Below are positions 1-18,152 of a DNA stretch of 64,000 nucleotides, piece by piece. This DNA is from the human T2T-CHM13v2.0 reference genome, Homo sapiens: assembly GCA_009914755.4 (NCBI GenBank), contig CP086569.2, forward strand, positions 2,080,001 through 2,144,000, written 5' to 3'. The notes under the pieces are model-generated. The model was not told the DNA's origin and made no database searches. It saw only the letters and a list, made by a program, of their open reading frames with translations. Every line of letters begins with the position of its first letter. The stretch's first letter is position 1. The position numbers and the translations under genes were made by a program.

Positions 1-290
1 TTTTGTGCCCATTAACCATCTCCACGGCACACCCCATCTTCCCACCCTCTTACAAGATGGTAAAGCTTTTAAACAGCCACAGAAAGTGCAAACGATTCTT
101 TTCTTCTTTTCTGTAAGATTGGCTTAAAGGCCATCGGTATTTATATGCCACAAGTAAACTAACATTTTTTAATGGTGGGGACAAATCATGTATTCGTCAT
201 GCTACTTGTCCACAAAACACTGCACTTTAAAAACTGATGATCGAATATCCTACACAAACTTTTCCAAGAAAACAGCAATGATTTGTTATT

Positions 291-593
<303 letters not shown>

Positions 594-879
594 TTATTGG
601 TCAAAATTCATGTTGTCTAAATCTGAAACATTTTCAGAATCTAATAAAATTAAGTTGGTGATTATAAATCATTGTTTCTTGGCTGTCATTTTGGTTAGGT
701 GGATCACATATGTGAATTTTGGGGAACTATATATAGTTTTTAAGCCGTTCAGATTAAAAGCAAAAAGTCATGAGAAAAGAATGCCTCACTTGTCAGTTTC
801 CAGAAACTTCTCTTTGGGCTCCAGATTGATGGCTGAATGCCTTCAGGACAGCAGCAAGTGTACCATTTGAAGGTGCGTG

Positions 880-1130
880 GGGATCATTTAACGGCCTCAT
901 AAGAATGCAGATTCCAGGGCCCCGCCCCCACCCCCAGAGGCCCCGATTCACAGATGGGCCCTGGGCACCTGCATTTCTTGTTTACTCCCCGGAAATGCTG
1001 ATGTGACAGGCCCGGAGAAGGCACTTTTGGATTCATTGTGTTAGAAAATGCCACTCCTTTGAAAACCTGCTGCAAATGAGGAAGGGCCAAGGTGGCAGGG
1101 AATAGGACCCCCTGTCACAGATGAAACAGG
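880..1130. repeat. possible ancient interspersed repeat fragment, unclassified
   Basis: motif tgcagattccagggccccgcccccaccc..., typical of an old mammalian-wide repeat; family not assigned. Confidence 0.25.
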
Positions 1131-1925
1131 AATTTTAAAAAATTTAAAAATGTATAAGCAAAAACTCAGTTGTATGTAAGAAAACCCAGTTCTCCCTGAG
1201 GAAGAGAAAGAGTTGAAGTCCATTAAAAATTAACTGCCTGTTTTTCTGCGGCTAATAAGCCTTGTCTCTTCCTTTCCCAAGCATTATAAAAACTCTGCTT
1301 CTCTAGCTATACAGCTACAAAGTCACTAGGCAAATAATCTCAAATCATAAAACATATTATTCCTTAAAAAATAAAAAATAATATAATGCATGTGTCAATT
1401 AAACAACTGTCTTTGTTTCTCACTTCTATAATATACTTCCCCCTACACAGAGCTCCCCCCGCCCCAGAAAATACTTAAAAAATAACCAAACTCTTTGTTC
1501 AAAACTCGGTCCTTTAAATGTTAATCCGACGGGGTCGGTACAAATAAATAATTAAATAATTCCTCCTCAACCCCTCGGTGTCTCTAATTCCTTAATTATC
1601 CCTCTACACAGAAACCAATCCTTTTGCCCCAAGGCAGATCCTAATGAGGAGAAAAGATCTGGCCAGGCTGCTGCCACTCTGTGACACTGTACACTGGGCT
1701 TGGCTCTGGCTGAGCGGGAGCTCCTGTGGGAGTGTGTTCCTGAAAATCACAGGGATCCTGCAATGCCGGCTATGAAATTTCAACATACCCCAGCCCTTGG
1801 CAGAGGTAATAACAAGGTGTTTCACAGCAGCTTAGGGTAGAAAGGAGGAGATAGGGGCATAGGCAGTGACCAGGCTCAGCTCTGTGTAGCGTTCATTTCA
1901 CTCTCATGGCTTTAAAAAGAATCAA

Positions 1926-2574
<649 letters not shown>

Positions 2575-2730
2575 TCAAAACACCATCTCAAATTCAAACA
2601 GCCAAGGAAGGGATGTGCATTTAAAAAAAAAAAAAAACATAAGGTACCACACATAAACATGGCCGAGAAAAGCACTTAGCATTTGGATGGCCAACAGGTA
2701 TATGAAAAGGTGCTTATAGGAAAAGGTAGT

Positions 2731-3899
<1,169 letters not shown>

Positions 3900-3900
<1 letters not shown>

Positions 3901-4430
3901 TTCTTCTTAGGTCGAGTCCAATTTGCTGGGTCCGACTCGCAGACTTTGGCTGAGCAACGGATGAACAAATGCACTCAGACACAGATTTCCAGTGAAAGCG
4001 TGGGCTAGGGGATGGGGCCACTCACAGACACTGAGGAGGGTGTTTTAAAGAGTCAGCAGCCACGGCTTTGACAAGCTGCTGCTGTGGGCCTTTATTTAGT
4101 ATACATTTAATGACAAAGGCCTTGAGTCAACACATTCGTGGGCAATTCATATGGTCGTCCCCCGCAACCCGGAGAGAGGGAGAGAGTAGTTCTGTGCGTG
4201 GATGATTAAAGGCCAGGTTCTGAGGCCTAAGCAAACTAACTTATCTAGATCAGTTTCTTTACATCCCCTCGTTATCTAACCTAAGCTTTCAGGCACTGGA
4301 TAAGAGAATCTGGCTGCCTTCAGCCAAATCTTATTCGGGAGCATTTGCAAAACCTTCTGGCCTCCCAAGAAGGTTTGCATCTTCTACAATTTTTCCTACC
4401 ACCCTGACCGACCTCCTACATTCTTACTTA
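3900..4430. other. unclassified 530-bp segment interrupting an L1 3' region
   Basis: L1 sequence stops at 3900 (...gtcaaataccattcttcttag) and resumes at about 4430 (cttataagcaggagctaaataatgtgtccacatgg...); the intervening sequence is not Alu or L1. Confidence 0.4.
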
Positions 4431-4680
4431 TAAGCAGGAGCTAAATAATGTGTCCACATGGAAAGAGTGGAATAACAGAGACTGGAGACTCAGAAGGGTG
4501 GGAGGTGGAAGAGGAGCAAGGGATGAGAAATTACCTCTCGGGTACAATGTACGTGATTCAGGTGTTAGCTATACTAAAAGCCCAGACCTCACCACTACGC
4601 CATTCATCCATGTTAACAAAACTGTACTTGCACTCCCTACCTGTATACAAATGAAAAATAAAATAATAAATAAATAAAAG
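4430..4680 (+). mobile_element. L1 3' UTR/tail fragment
   Basis: cttataagcaggagctaaataatg...gggtggaggtgg...gggtacaatgtacgtgattcaggtg...tgtatacaaatgaaaaataaaataataaataaataaaag. Confidence 0.8.
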
Positions 4681-4825
4681 GACAGAGCATTGAGAATCTA
4701 GATGGATATTAGAAAGTTGTGTGCACACCTTCCTTAGTGTGAACAGACAGAAAGAGCACACCAGAATTTGGTCTAGCACCTGGTCGAAAATCTTAAGGGC
4801 AAGCATATTCCTGTTTGATTTATCT

Positions 4826-5091
4826 TTTTTTCTTTCTTTCTTTTTTTTTTTGAGACGGAGTCTTGCTCTCTCTCCCAGGCAGTCCCAGATTCAAGCGATT
4901 CTCCTGCCTCAGCCTCCTGGGTCATTGGGATTACAGGCACATGCCACCATGCCTGGCTAATTTTTGTATTTTTAGTAGAGATTGGGTTTCACCATGTTGG
5001 CCAGGCTGGTCTCCAACTCCTGACCTCGTGATCCACCCGCCTCAGCCTCCCAAAGTGCTGGGATTACAGGCGCGAGCCACTGCGCCCGGCC
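4826..5091 (-). mobile_element. Alu SINE, antisense, with internal deletion
   Basis: poly-T then GAGACGGAGTCTTGCTCTCTCTCCCAGGCAG...GGCGCGAGCCACTGCGCCCGGCC. Confidence 0.85.
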
Positions 5092-5994
5092 TGATTTATC
5101 TTAAGTCAAGAACTCCCAACCAGCAGAGGCACCTCCTGGCATGTGCCCTGGAGGTCAACAGGAAAGGACAATGGCTCCTGTTCCCTGGGGAACACACATT
5201 TGAGTAAGAGTGCAAGCTACCAGCACATCTGCATGCCTTTCCTAGCAGATGTCAGAGCTGAGTGATGCTATCTTCGCCTTGCCTTGACCATCTCCTGCTC
5301 TAGGATGGGGCCAGAAATCCCCAAAAGAAGAGTGCAAAAATCAGAGCCATCTCTCCCAAATGCCACCTGGCACGTGACTGAAGCTCAGCCATGAACCACG
5401 CAAACGACCTGTCCCAAGGAAAAAAAAAAACAAAAAAAAGCCATTGGAGTATCTCTCGGTACCTTTGTCGTTCAAGGTTTCTTCTTTTATTTTGCTTACA
5501 ACTTGTTTGGCTTTGCTGTCATTATTTCCAGCTAAAAGGAAAAAGAAAAAAAAGATACGGTGACTTGTAGGATTATCCAGAAACTATTAACTGCAAAAAA
5601 AAAAAGAGGTTTTAAGAGAAGTATAACACAAATCTGAAATGTGCCTTTGATGGACTTTCCCTTTATCCTAGCGTCTAACTTGACAGCCATTTTGGCAGAC
5701 TAAAGCTATCCATTTAAGAGTCATTTTCTTTAGCCTGCATTGGCAAAAAGTACAAATGCATTTGACATTCTACTTTTCAATAGTGACAGGGACCCGGGGC
5801 ACCTGCTGGTGTAATTTGCACGTGAGAGCTGAGAATAGCATAAGCATAAAAAATGTGCATTAAAATGTCAGGATGGAAACGAATTTTCGAAGGAGCTTTT
5901 ATGCTGGAAACATCCCAGTGTGCACACACAGACTGCACGATGCACGTGATCACAGACCGTGGTTCCTACTACGTGCTCAGGATTTCTTTCTGTT

Positions 5995-6300
5995 TCTTTT
6001 TTTTAATTCTACTTTAAGTTCTGGGGCACATGTGCGGAATGTGCAGGTTGGTTACATAGGTATACACGTGCCATGGCAGTTTGCTGCACCCATCAACCCA
6101 TCATCTACATTAGGTATTTCTCCTAATGCTCTCCCTGCCCTGCCCCCTCAACCCCTCGACAGGCCCTGGTGTGGGATGTTCCCCTCCCTGTGTCCATGCG
6201 TTCTCATTGTTCAACTCCCACTTATGAAGGAGAACATGGGGTCTTTGGTTTTCTGTTCCTGCGTTAGTTGGCTGTGTGCTCAGGATTTCTTACTCCTCTC
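5995..6300 (-). mobile_element. L1 3' end fragment, antisense
   Basis: reverse complement of the L1 3' UTR: ttaagttctggggcacatgtgcggaatgtgcaggttggttacataggtatacacgtgccatggcagtttgctgcacccatcaacccatcatctacattaggtatttctcctaatgc. Confidence 0.85.
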
Positions 6301-6424
6301 ACTGCACTTCCGTAAAACTCTCCAAGTGAGGTTTCAGGAACACGCCTTTAGAAGGATGGAAAGAGGTGTTTTGCTTGTTATAGCTAAAATAAAGACTAGG
6401 AAATCCGGGGTGAAAGAATGTTAA

Positions 6425-6748
<324 letters not shown>

Positions 6749-7976
6749 TGGTTTCTTTAATGTCTTAGGAAGTGAACATGCGTTGAACAGGAGACTATAG
6801 TTTGATGTTGTCTTCGTCATTTTTTCAAATGTCTTTGACCCGGGAGGTTGGATTTTAAGGTGTTTCTGAAGGGGCGGCTCTTTAGGGGAAAGGAGTTTGG
6901 CAAATTTTTCCTCCTTCAGCCTCATCCTTCATTAACCTGTTGGCAACATGTGGGATTAGCTGCTTTCCAGGGTGAGCCAAGCCCAAAACTCCCTTTCAGG
7001 GAGGGTCACGGAAAAAGTGTTGAGAGAAGGGAGATGAGAACTAGCAGGGGAAGCGCACAGGCTTGAACAAGAACGTCTTGGGTGCCCGGAGAGCTTCAAA
7101 CAGCTGATCTGCAAGGAGCAGTTACCAAGGGGGTGGGGCCGGTCTATCTCCATCCTACCTGCACCCAGCCCGGGCCAGTGAGGTGTTCTGTAGTACAGCA
7201 CCGTCCCCGGGTCTCCATGAAAATACATTACCAAATAATCCCTCTCTTTGGCATTCCTGAATACTGAGTCAACACGGCGTATTGAATTTACACACTCTAA
7301 CACAAGGAAGAGACCATGCTGTTTGATATCCTATCATTGTATTCGGTATTCTTTCTTCTGTGTTAAGGCCATGGGCTCCCAAATTAACTATTAGAATGCA
7401 CTTTTCAAAAAACAATGAAAATGTTTTCAGCAAAGAGTGAAAAAATATATAAGAGAGGAGAAGCAGTGAAACTTATGAAGTTGGAAATGTTTTTGGCTCC
7501 AGTGGGAGACGGCTAAGATAAATAGTGCAAAGTCCATCCTTTGGGGCAGAGTAAATGGAATATCTAAATTGTCACTTCCTTGAAGGAATTCAAAGTTGCA
7601 GACATCAGAAGACTGAAGCTGCAAAGGTAATTTGCACCTTTGACTTCCTTAAAGAAACAGAACATGATACCATTATTACATTTTTGCTTTGACAGTCCTT
7701 TGGCACTGAGGAGGCAGCAGGCATTTCAGGGAGGTGGGTTTCGACGGGAGGGAGAGGAAGAAATAGCCTGAAAGGTATATTCCATCTATAAATGTCCTAT
7801 GCATCAAACACAAAACAAAAAAAGAAAGGATAAAAAAATTCAAAGTCAAGGTAACCTTTACACTGGGGACTTGTACATTCATGAGCTTATTTATGAAATC
7901 CCATGAACTTTTTAAATGTAAGCACTCATCCACTGCTGGGCTGCTCTGCCGTATCAGCCATCTCAAGATCAAAGGG

Positions 7977-8594
<618 letters not shown>

Positions 8595-8984
8595 TTATTT
8601 GGGAAGACCACCTTCATGGGCAGGCCATTTTCCATGGTGGCACCGTCAACGCTGGCATAGGACAGAAGCACCACACTGGAGGAATGGAGAAGGTGAGGTG
8701 GCACGTGCGGTATCTTCTTTGGCCAATGTCACCTTCAGCAATTGTCTCCTCAGACCTGGAGGGAGCTGCTTTAAGGAACTGGACGTGGGACATTTGGCCT
8801 CATATGCATTTGCTGGAGTGGTTCCTACATTTGCTGAGCAAGTACTGCATATGCAGAAACACCGCACACGTCCCAAACACAGTGCATCTGCCTTCTGCTT
8901 CATCCTTTGTATTTGGGGGGGCAGGGGAGGGCGTTACATGTTATATGTGCAATGGAAATTGGTATAGCCTTTATGGAAAACAGT

Positions 8985-9101
8985 GGAGATGGGGTTTCAC
9001 TATGTTGGCCAGGCTGGTCTTGAACGCCTGACCTCGGGTGACCCGTTTGCCTTTGCCTCCCAAAGTGCTGGGATGACAGACATGAGCCACCGCACCCGGC
9101 C
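8985..9101 (-). mobile_element. partial Alu (left-arm end), antisense
   Basis: GAGATGGGGTTTCACTATGTTGGCCAGGCTGGTCTTGAACGCCTGACCTCGGGTGACC...GAGCCACCGCACCCGGCC. Confidence 0.85.
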
Positions 9102-9244
9102 TGGTTTTTTTCACATCTTAGGAAGTGAACGTGCTTGGACAGGAGACTATAGTTTGATGTTGTCGTCATTTTTTTCAAATGTCTTTGACCAGAAAGGTTG
9201 GATTTTAAGGTGTGTCTAAAGGGGTGGCCTTTTTTTTTTTAAGA

Positions 9245-9628
9245 GTTCCTCAAAAAATGATCATTATGCCTACCATAGGATCTAGCAATCTCACTCCTCT
9301 GTATAGATCCAAAGGAAATGAAATCAGCCCCTTATAGAGATATCTACACCCCCATGTTCGTTGCAGCATGATTCACAAGAGCCAAGATATGAAACCAACC
9401 TAAGTGTCCATCTAAGGATGGGTAGATAAATAAAATGTGGGATAGCTACACCATGGAATACCATTCAGTCTTTGAAAACCAGAGGACCCTATCCTGTGAT
9501 ACAACATGGATCAACCAGGAGTACATCATGTTAAGTAAAATAAGCCACATAAAACCAAATCCCACATGATCTCACCCATATGTAGAGTCTCCAGAAGTTG
9601 AACTCACAAGAAAAAGTATTATGATGAT
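9245..9628 (+). mobile_element. old L1 (L1M/L1P-like) 3' region fragment
   Basis: ...gatctagcaatctcactcctctgtatagatccaaaggaaatgaaatcagcccc...gttgcagcatgattcacaagagccaagatatgaaaccaacctaagtgtccatc... Confidence 0.7.
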
Positions 9629-9632
9629 TATT

Positions 9633-9941
<309 letters not shown>

Positions 9942-10409
9942 TTATGGTGATTACCAGGTGCTAGGGGGGTGGGTTGCTGAGATTTTGTTCAAATGACACC
10001 AAATGTCAGTTTGACAGAAGGTATAAGTTCAAGAGATCTATTGTACTTAAGGTGACTAAATTAGTGACTTATAATCTTGAACCTGACTATAATTAGTCAC
10101 AGTGACTATAATTAATATTTGAAAATTGCAAAGAGAGTAGATTTTAAGTGTTTCCAAAAACACACACAAAAAGAAACATGTAAGGTAATGGATATGTGAA
10201 TTAGCTTGAATTGGCCATTCCAGATGGAAACATATATCAAAACCACATTTTGTACACCATAAAAATATGTAACTTGTTTTTGTCTATTAAAATAAGTAAA
10301 TAGATAATTAAATACAAGTTTAAATATTTTACACGTTTCACATGTACTATTCATGGACAATACAAAGTATATGTGGCACAAGTCATTTTTAAAAGACAGT
10401 TGCAATTTA

Positions 10410-13082
10410 GATAACCTAACCAACTAGACTTCCTGTGACCTACAAAACTAGATTTTATGATGACCAACGCAACTACACCTCATCATACTCTAACCCAACT
10501 AAATCTCATTAGGACCAACCAAAATACACCTCATCATAACTTAACCCAAATAGATCTGATTATACCCTAACCCAACTAGACCTCATCATGACCTAACCCA
10601 ACTAAATCTCATTATAACCTAGCCCAAATAAACCTCAACATGACCTAATACAAACAGGTATCTTTATGACCAACCCAAATACACCTCATCATAACTTAAC
10701 TGAATCTCATCACAACCAACGACACTAGACCTCATAACCTAACCAAACTAGACCTCATCATGACCTAATACAACTAGATCACATCATGACCAACTCAACT
10801 AGACCTCATCATGACCTGACACAGCTAAATCTCATTATAAACAAGCCCAACAAGAACTAATCATGACTGACTATGACTAGATTTCATCATGACCAACCCA
10901 ACTACCTCATCGTGACCTAACTAACTCTCATCATGACCAACCCAACTATACCTCATCATAACTTAACCCAACTTAACTACATCATAACCTAACTCAACAA
11001 GACTTCATTATGACCTAATACAACTACATCTCATCAAGGCCAACAAAACTAGTCCTCATCATGACCTAACAAAATCTCATCATGACCAACCCAAATAGAC
11101 CTCATCACAACCTTATCCAAGTAAATCTCCTCATACCCTAACCCAACTAGAACTCATCATGACCTAACCAAACTAGACTTCATCATAACCTAACCAAACT
11201 AGACCTCATCACGACCTAATACAACTATATCTCATCAAGACCAACCCAACTAGACCTTATCATGACCTAATTATATCTCATCATGACCATCCAACTAGAT
11301 CTCCTCATGACATAATCCAACAAGATTTCATCATAACCAAACCAACTAGACCTCATCATAACCTAACCCAACTAGGTCTCATCATGACCTAATACAACTA
11401 GATCCCATCATGAGCAACACAACTAGACTGCATCATAAACAAATTACATCTCATTATGACAACGAACTAGATCTTATCATAACCTAACACACCTGGGTCT
11501 CATCATGACCCAATACAAGTAGATCTCATCATGAACAACCTACCAGAGCTCATCATAGCCTAGGCCAACTAGATTTCATTATGACCTAATACAACTAATT
11601 CTCATAATGACCAATCCCACTAGACCTCATCATGACCTAACCAAACTGGACTTCATCATAACCTAACCCAACTAGACCTCATCATGACATGAGACAACTA
11701 GATCTCATCACGACCTACCCAACTAGAACTCATCACGACCTAACTAGATCACATCGTGACCAACCAAACAGATCCCATTACAACTTAATCCAACTAGATC
11801 TCATCATAACCTAATACAACTAGATCTCATCATGACCAATGCACTAGACCTCATCATATCCTACCACAACTAGATCTCATCATGACCTAATCCAACTAGA
11901 TCTCATCATAACCTAATACAACTAGATCTCATCATGACCAATGCACTAGACCTCATCATATCCTACCACAACTAGATCTCATCATGACCTAATACAACTA
12001 GATTTCATTATGACCACCGCATCTGGACCTCATCATAACCTAACTGGATCTCAACATGACCAACCAACTAGATCTCATCATAACCTAACCCAACTATAAC
12101 TCATCATGATCTAGTACAACTAGCTCTCATCATGACAAACTCAATGAGACCTCATCATAACTTACCCCAACTACATCACATCATGACCTAATACAACTAG
12201 ATCTCATCATGACCAACCAACTAGATATCATCGTAATATAATTCAATTAGATCTCATCATGACCTAATACAACTAGATCTCATAAAGACCAGCCCAACTA
12301 GACCTCATCATAACCTAACTCAATTAAATCTCCTCATACCCTAACCCAACTAGACCTCATCATGACCTAACCCAACTAAACCTCATCATAATCTAACCCA
12401 ACTAGACCTCATCATGACTGAATATGACTAGATCTCATCACAACCAACCCAAATAGACCTCATCATAACCTAATTAGATCTCATCATGACCAACCAACTA
12501 GATCGCATCATAACCTAACCCAACCAGATCTCATCATGACCAACCCAACTAGACCTCATAATAACTTCACCCAATTAGATCACATCATAACCTAATACAA
12601 CTAGATCTCCTCATGACCAATCTAACTAGACCTCATCAGAACCTAACTAGATCTCATCATGACCTAATACAACTAGTTCTCATCATGACCAACCCAACTA
12701 GACCTCATCATAACCTAACCCAACTAGATCTCATCAAGACCTAATACAATTAGTTCTCCTCATGACCAACCCAACCGGACCTCCTCATAACCTAACTAGA
12801 TCTCGTCATGACCAACCAACCAGATCTCATCACAACCTGACCCAACTAGATCTCGTCATGACCTAATACAACTTGATCTCATCCTGACCAACATAACTAG
12901 TCCTCATTATAGCCTAACTAAGTCTCATCATGACCAATCAACTAGACCTCATCAGAACCTTACCCAACTGGATCTCATCAGGATCTAATACAACTAGATC
13001 TCATCATGACCAACCCAAGTAGACTTCATCATAACCCAACTAAACTTCATTATAACCCAACTAGACCTCATCATTATCTACC
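10410..13082. repeat. minisatellite, about 25-26-bp unit, on the order of 100 tandem copies (block 1)
   Basis: tandem iterations of ctagacctcatcatgacctaacccaa / ctagatctcatcatgaccaacccaa with unit variants; continuous for about 2.7 kb. Confidence 0.95.
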
Positions 13083-14054
13083 CTTCCTGAGGACTGTACA
13101 AGAGATTTCTTATATTGGAAAAAAGCAGTATAATTTCCTCTTACTAAATAAAAAGATTTTGAGCCCAAACCAGAGTCACCAATCTGCGGCTAAACCTGGC
13201 CTGCAGCTGGATATTGTACAAAAAGTTTTACAGCAACATAGACTTTCCTGTTGTTTTAAGTATTACCTATGGGTGGTTACTCACTACTAGGGCAGAGCTC
13301 ATAGTTATGAGAGAAACATATGAACACATTTATTATCTGTCTCTTTACAGAAAAAGTTTACCCACCCCACTTTCATCTTAGATGACAGTCCATTGAGCAT
13401 TATGAAAAAAAATGATCCCCCACCAAAATAATATTTTGAAACAATGAGAACTAAGATCTTGTGGACAGATGGGAATTTGAACAACTGATATATGTGTCTA
13501 GTAATATTAATGTGCTTCAGTTGGACCCAGGTTATAATCTGAATTATTTTACAAGTAATTGATTATTCTTTAAATATTAATAAATTTTTAATTAAAATTT
13601 TGAAGTTAAATATTCCCATCTCTTATTTTGTATTTAATATAAAATTCATTGTGTTCAATGACATTTTTTCATTAATTGACTTTGAATCAAACTGCCATAC
13701 AAAATGAAAAAATGCCTCTCTCAGAATATATCCAATTATCCTCAAAGTCACACAGGGGAAATAAGACTGCATAATTGATTGGATTGACCTGAAGGGTCAA
13801 AACTGTAACTCACAGTGAAAATTAAACACTGACATCAGGAGCTCTGTGGGATAGGAGACACAGGTAGGGTGCAGATGTGGTGTTTACTTTCTGTTTATCT
13901 CAAGAAAAAAGGCACATTGGTGCTGACATATACTGCTCCTGATGCTCAGTAAACATCATCTAAATGAAGTGGTAACACTTGAGATTCCCATGCACATGAA
14001 CCAGAAGCTTGCTCACATGTCTTCATTGCTTTGTGCCTACAAAGTCCTCAGTCA

Positions 14055-15170
14055 ACTAGACCTCACTGTGACCTAACCAAACCACACATCATCATGATCT
14101 AACTCAACCTGTCATCATGATCTAATCCAAGAGGACTTTATTGTGTTCTATTCAACTACCTCATGATGACATAACCCAGCTAGACCTTATCATGACCTAA
14201 TCCAACTAGACCTTATCATGACCTAACCCAACTAGACCTCATCATGATCTATCCACTAGGCCTCATCATGACCTTCCTAACTAGATCTCCTCATGATCTA
14301 ACCCAATTAGACGTCATCATGACCTACCCAACTAGACGTCAATGTGACCTGACCCAACTAGAACTCATTGAGTCTTAACCCAACTAGACTTCATCATGAC
14401 CTAGCCAAACCACACATCACCATGATCTGATCCAGCTAGATCTCATCATGCTATTACTGAAGTAGACTTCATTAAGACCTAATTAAATCACACCTCATAA
14501 TGATCTAACTCAACCAGTCATCCTAATCTAATCCAACAAGATTTCATCACATTCTACTCAACTACCTCATCATGACATAGCCAAACTAAACATTATGATG
14601 AACTAATACAACTAGACTTCATCATGACCTAACCAAACTGTACCTTACCATGATCTAATACAACCAAACCTCATCATGACTTAATACAAATAGACCTCAT
14701 CATGGCCTACCCAACTAGACCTCAATGTGACCTAACTCAACTACATTTCATCAGGACCTAACTCAACAAGACCTCATCATGACCTACCCAATTAGATCTC
14801 AAAGTGACCTAGCCCAACAAGATTTCATCATCACCTAAATAAGTCACACATCATCAAGTCTAATCCAACTAGATCTCATCATGCTGTTACTGAACTAGAC
14901 TTCATTAAGACCTAATCAAACCATACCTCATAATGACCTAACTCAACCAGTCATCATGATCTAATCGAACAAGACTTCATTACATTCTACTCAACTACTT
15001 CATCATGACATAACCAAAGGAGACGTTATCATGATCTAATACAACTAAACTTCATCATGACCAAACCAAACTGTACCTCAGCATGATCTAACTCAACCAG
15101 ACATCATCAGAACCTAATACAACTAGACTTCATCATGACCTGCCCAACTAGACCTCATCATGACCTAAAC
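14055..15170. repeat. same 25-26-bp minisatellite, block 2 (about 45 copies, more diverged)
   Basis: ctagaccttatcatgacctaatccaactagaccttatcatgacctaacccaa... same unit family as 10410-13082. Confidence 0.95.
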
Positions 15171-15817
15171 CACCACAATGAGGCAAAAAAGCACAAAGAA
15201 ATGGGGTGTTTTCTTCCTTTCCTAGTTTGATTAAGAATTAAACTAATAATTAAACATTGCCTAGCTAAATTAAGAATTAAGAAGATGAAAAAGATCATTG
15301 CACTGGAGGAGACAAAAGATCAAATATAACCAGTAATGGATGTGAGCCCTCCCATCTTTGTTCAACCTTGAGGGTCTCTCTTCATCCTACTCCACCATCA
15401 TTGAAGCCACTAGGCTCACATCCAGCCAACCTTCAGAGAATACCTATTGCTCTCCCTGTTCAAAAAATCAGCATCATTTTGACCCAGTCATCTCAAATAT
15501 TGGCAGAAGTCTGAGATATAGAAAGTCCTGGAAAGTTTGTCATGTTGTTAATGATACAGCAGATATCCACCTAGCATGGATGGTCAAAACCAAGGGTTGC
15601 CATCCATCACCACCTCACAGTCTCCAAGCTAAATCTCAGAAACCCCCTGCCCTACATCTTGTCTCTAATTTACTCAGGTCCCAGGGAGATGTAAACAGAT
15701 CATGGAGGTGCTCAAGTTCATAAGAAGTTCTAGAAATACACTCTCAGATGGGCACCCTCTCCCCTGGGGTCTCCTCATCTAAACCCAATCCTTTTGCATC
15801 TAGAGGGGGCGCAATAA

Positions 15818-16103
15818 ACTGAATGTTTGTATCCCTCCAAAGTTCCTATGTTGAAATTCTAACATCCCCAGTGATTCTGTTGGGAGGCGGAGGCTTTGCG
15901 GGATGATTAGGTCACGAGGGTGGAGCACAATGAATGGAATTAGTACCCTTATAAAAGAGACCCCATCCAGGTTCCACCATGTGAGGACACAGGAGAAAGT
16001 GGCCATCCACAACCTAGAAGACAGACTACACCAGAATCTGACCACACTGACCCCCTGGTCTTGGGACTTCCAGCCTTGAGAACTGTAGGACAATAAGTTT
16101 CTA
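15818..16103 (+). mobile_element. MaLR-type LTR (MLT1/MST-like), 5' portion, split by an L1 insertion
   Basis: ...gtttgtatccctccaaagttcctatgttgaaattctaacatcccc...gggaggcggaggctttgcgggatgattaggtcacgagggtggagc...cccttataaaagagacccc...ccaccatgtgaggacacagg...cagccttgagaactgtagg. Confidence 0.55.
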
Positions 16104-16708
16104 TGGTTTATTGTGGAAGTCAGTGTGGCGATTCCTCAGGGATCTAGAACTAGAAATACCATTTGACCCAGCCATCCCATTACTGGGTATATACCCAAAG
16201 GATTATAAATCATGCTGCTATAAAGACACACGCACACGTATGTTTATAGCAGCACTATTCACAATAGCAAAGACTTGGAACCAACCTAAATGTCCAACAA
16301 CGATAGACTGGATTAAGAAAATGTGGCACATATACACCACAGAATACTATGCAGCCATCAAAAATGATGAGTTCATGTCCTTCGTAGGGACATGGATGAA
16401 GCTGGAAACCATCATTCTCAGCAAACTATCGCAAGGACAAAAAACCAAACACCGCATGTTCTCACTCATAGGTGGGAACTGAACAATGAGAACACATGGA
16501 CACAGGAAGGGGAACATCACACACCGGGGACTGTTGTGGGGTGGGGGGAGGGGGGAGGGATAGCATTAGGAGATATACCTAATGCTAAATGACGAGTTAA
16601 TAGGTGCAGCGCACCAGCATGGCACATGTATACATATGTAACAAACCTGCACGTTGTGCACATGTACCCTAAAACTTAAAGTATAATAATAAAATTTTAA
16701 AAAAAAAG
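16104..16708 (+). mobile_element. 5'-truncated L1PA-like 3' end (about 600 bp) with poly-A, flanked by a 14-bp target-site duplication
   Basis: L1 ORF2 end and 3' UTR (...ctgttgtggggtggggggaggggggagggatagcattaggagatatacctaatgctaaatgacgag...); identical flank agtttctatggttt at 16096-16109 and 16709-16722. Confidence 0.9.
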
Positions 16709-16762
16709 TTTCTATGGTTTGCAAGGCACTCAGGCTACAGCAGCCCAAACACACCAAGACAG
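16709..16762 (+). mobile_element. 3' remainder of the MaLR LTR interrupted by the L1
   Basis: tttctatggtttgcaaggcactcaggctacagcagcccaaacacaccaagaca (LTR 3' terminus ...CA). Confidence 0.5.
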
Positions 16763-16845
16763 GAGAGTTAGGGACATGGATGAACTTGACAATTTCAAGA
16801 AATTGTCATAAAGTTTTAACTTGTCCCAGTCTATTAAGAGAATGA

Positions 16846-17575
<730 letters not shown>

Positions 17576-17589
17576 TCACCTGCTTCCGA

Positions 17590-18152
<563 letters not shown>

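Noticed and set aside
13006-13290. 94-aa + ORF (…PTKLHYNPTRPHH…)
   Set aside because: It is a translation of the terminal units of the 26-bp minisatellite running into flanking sequence. It is a periodicity artefact.
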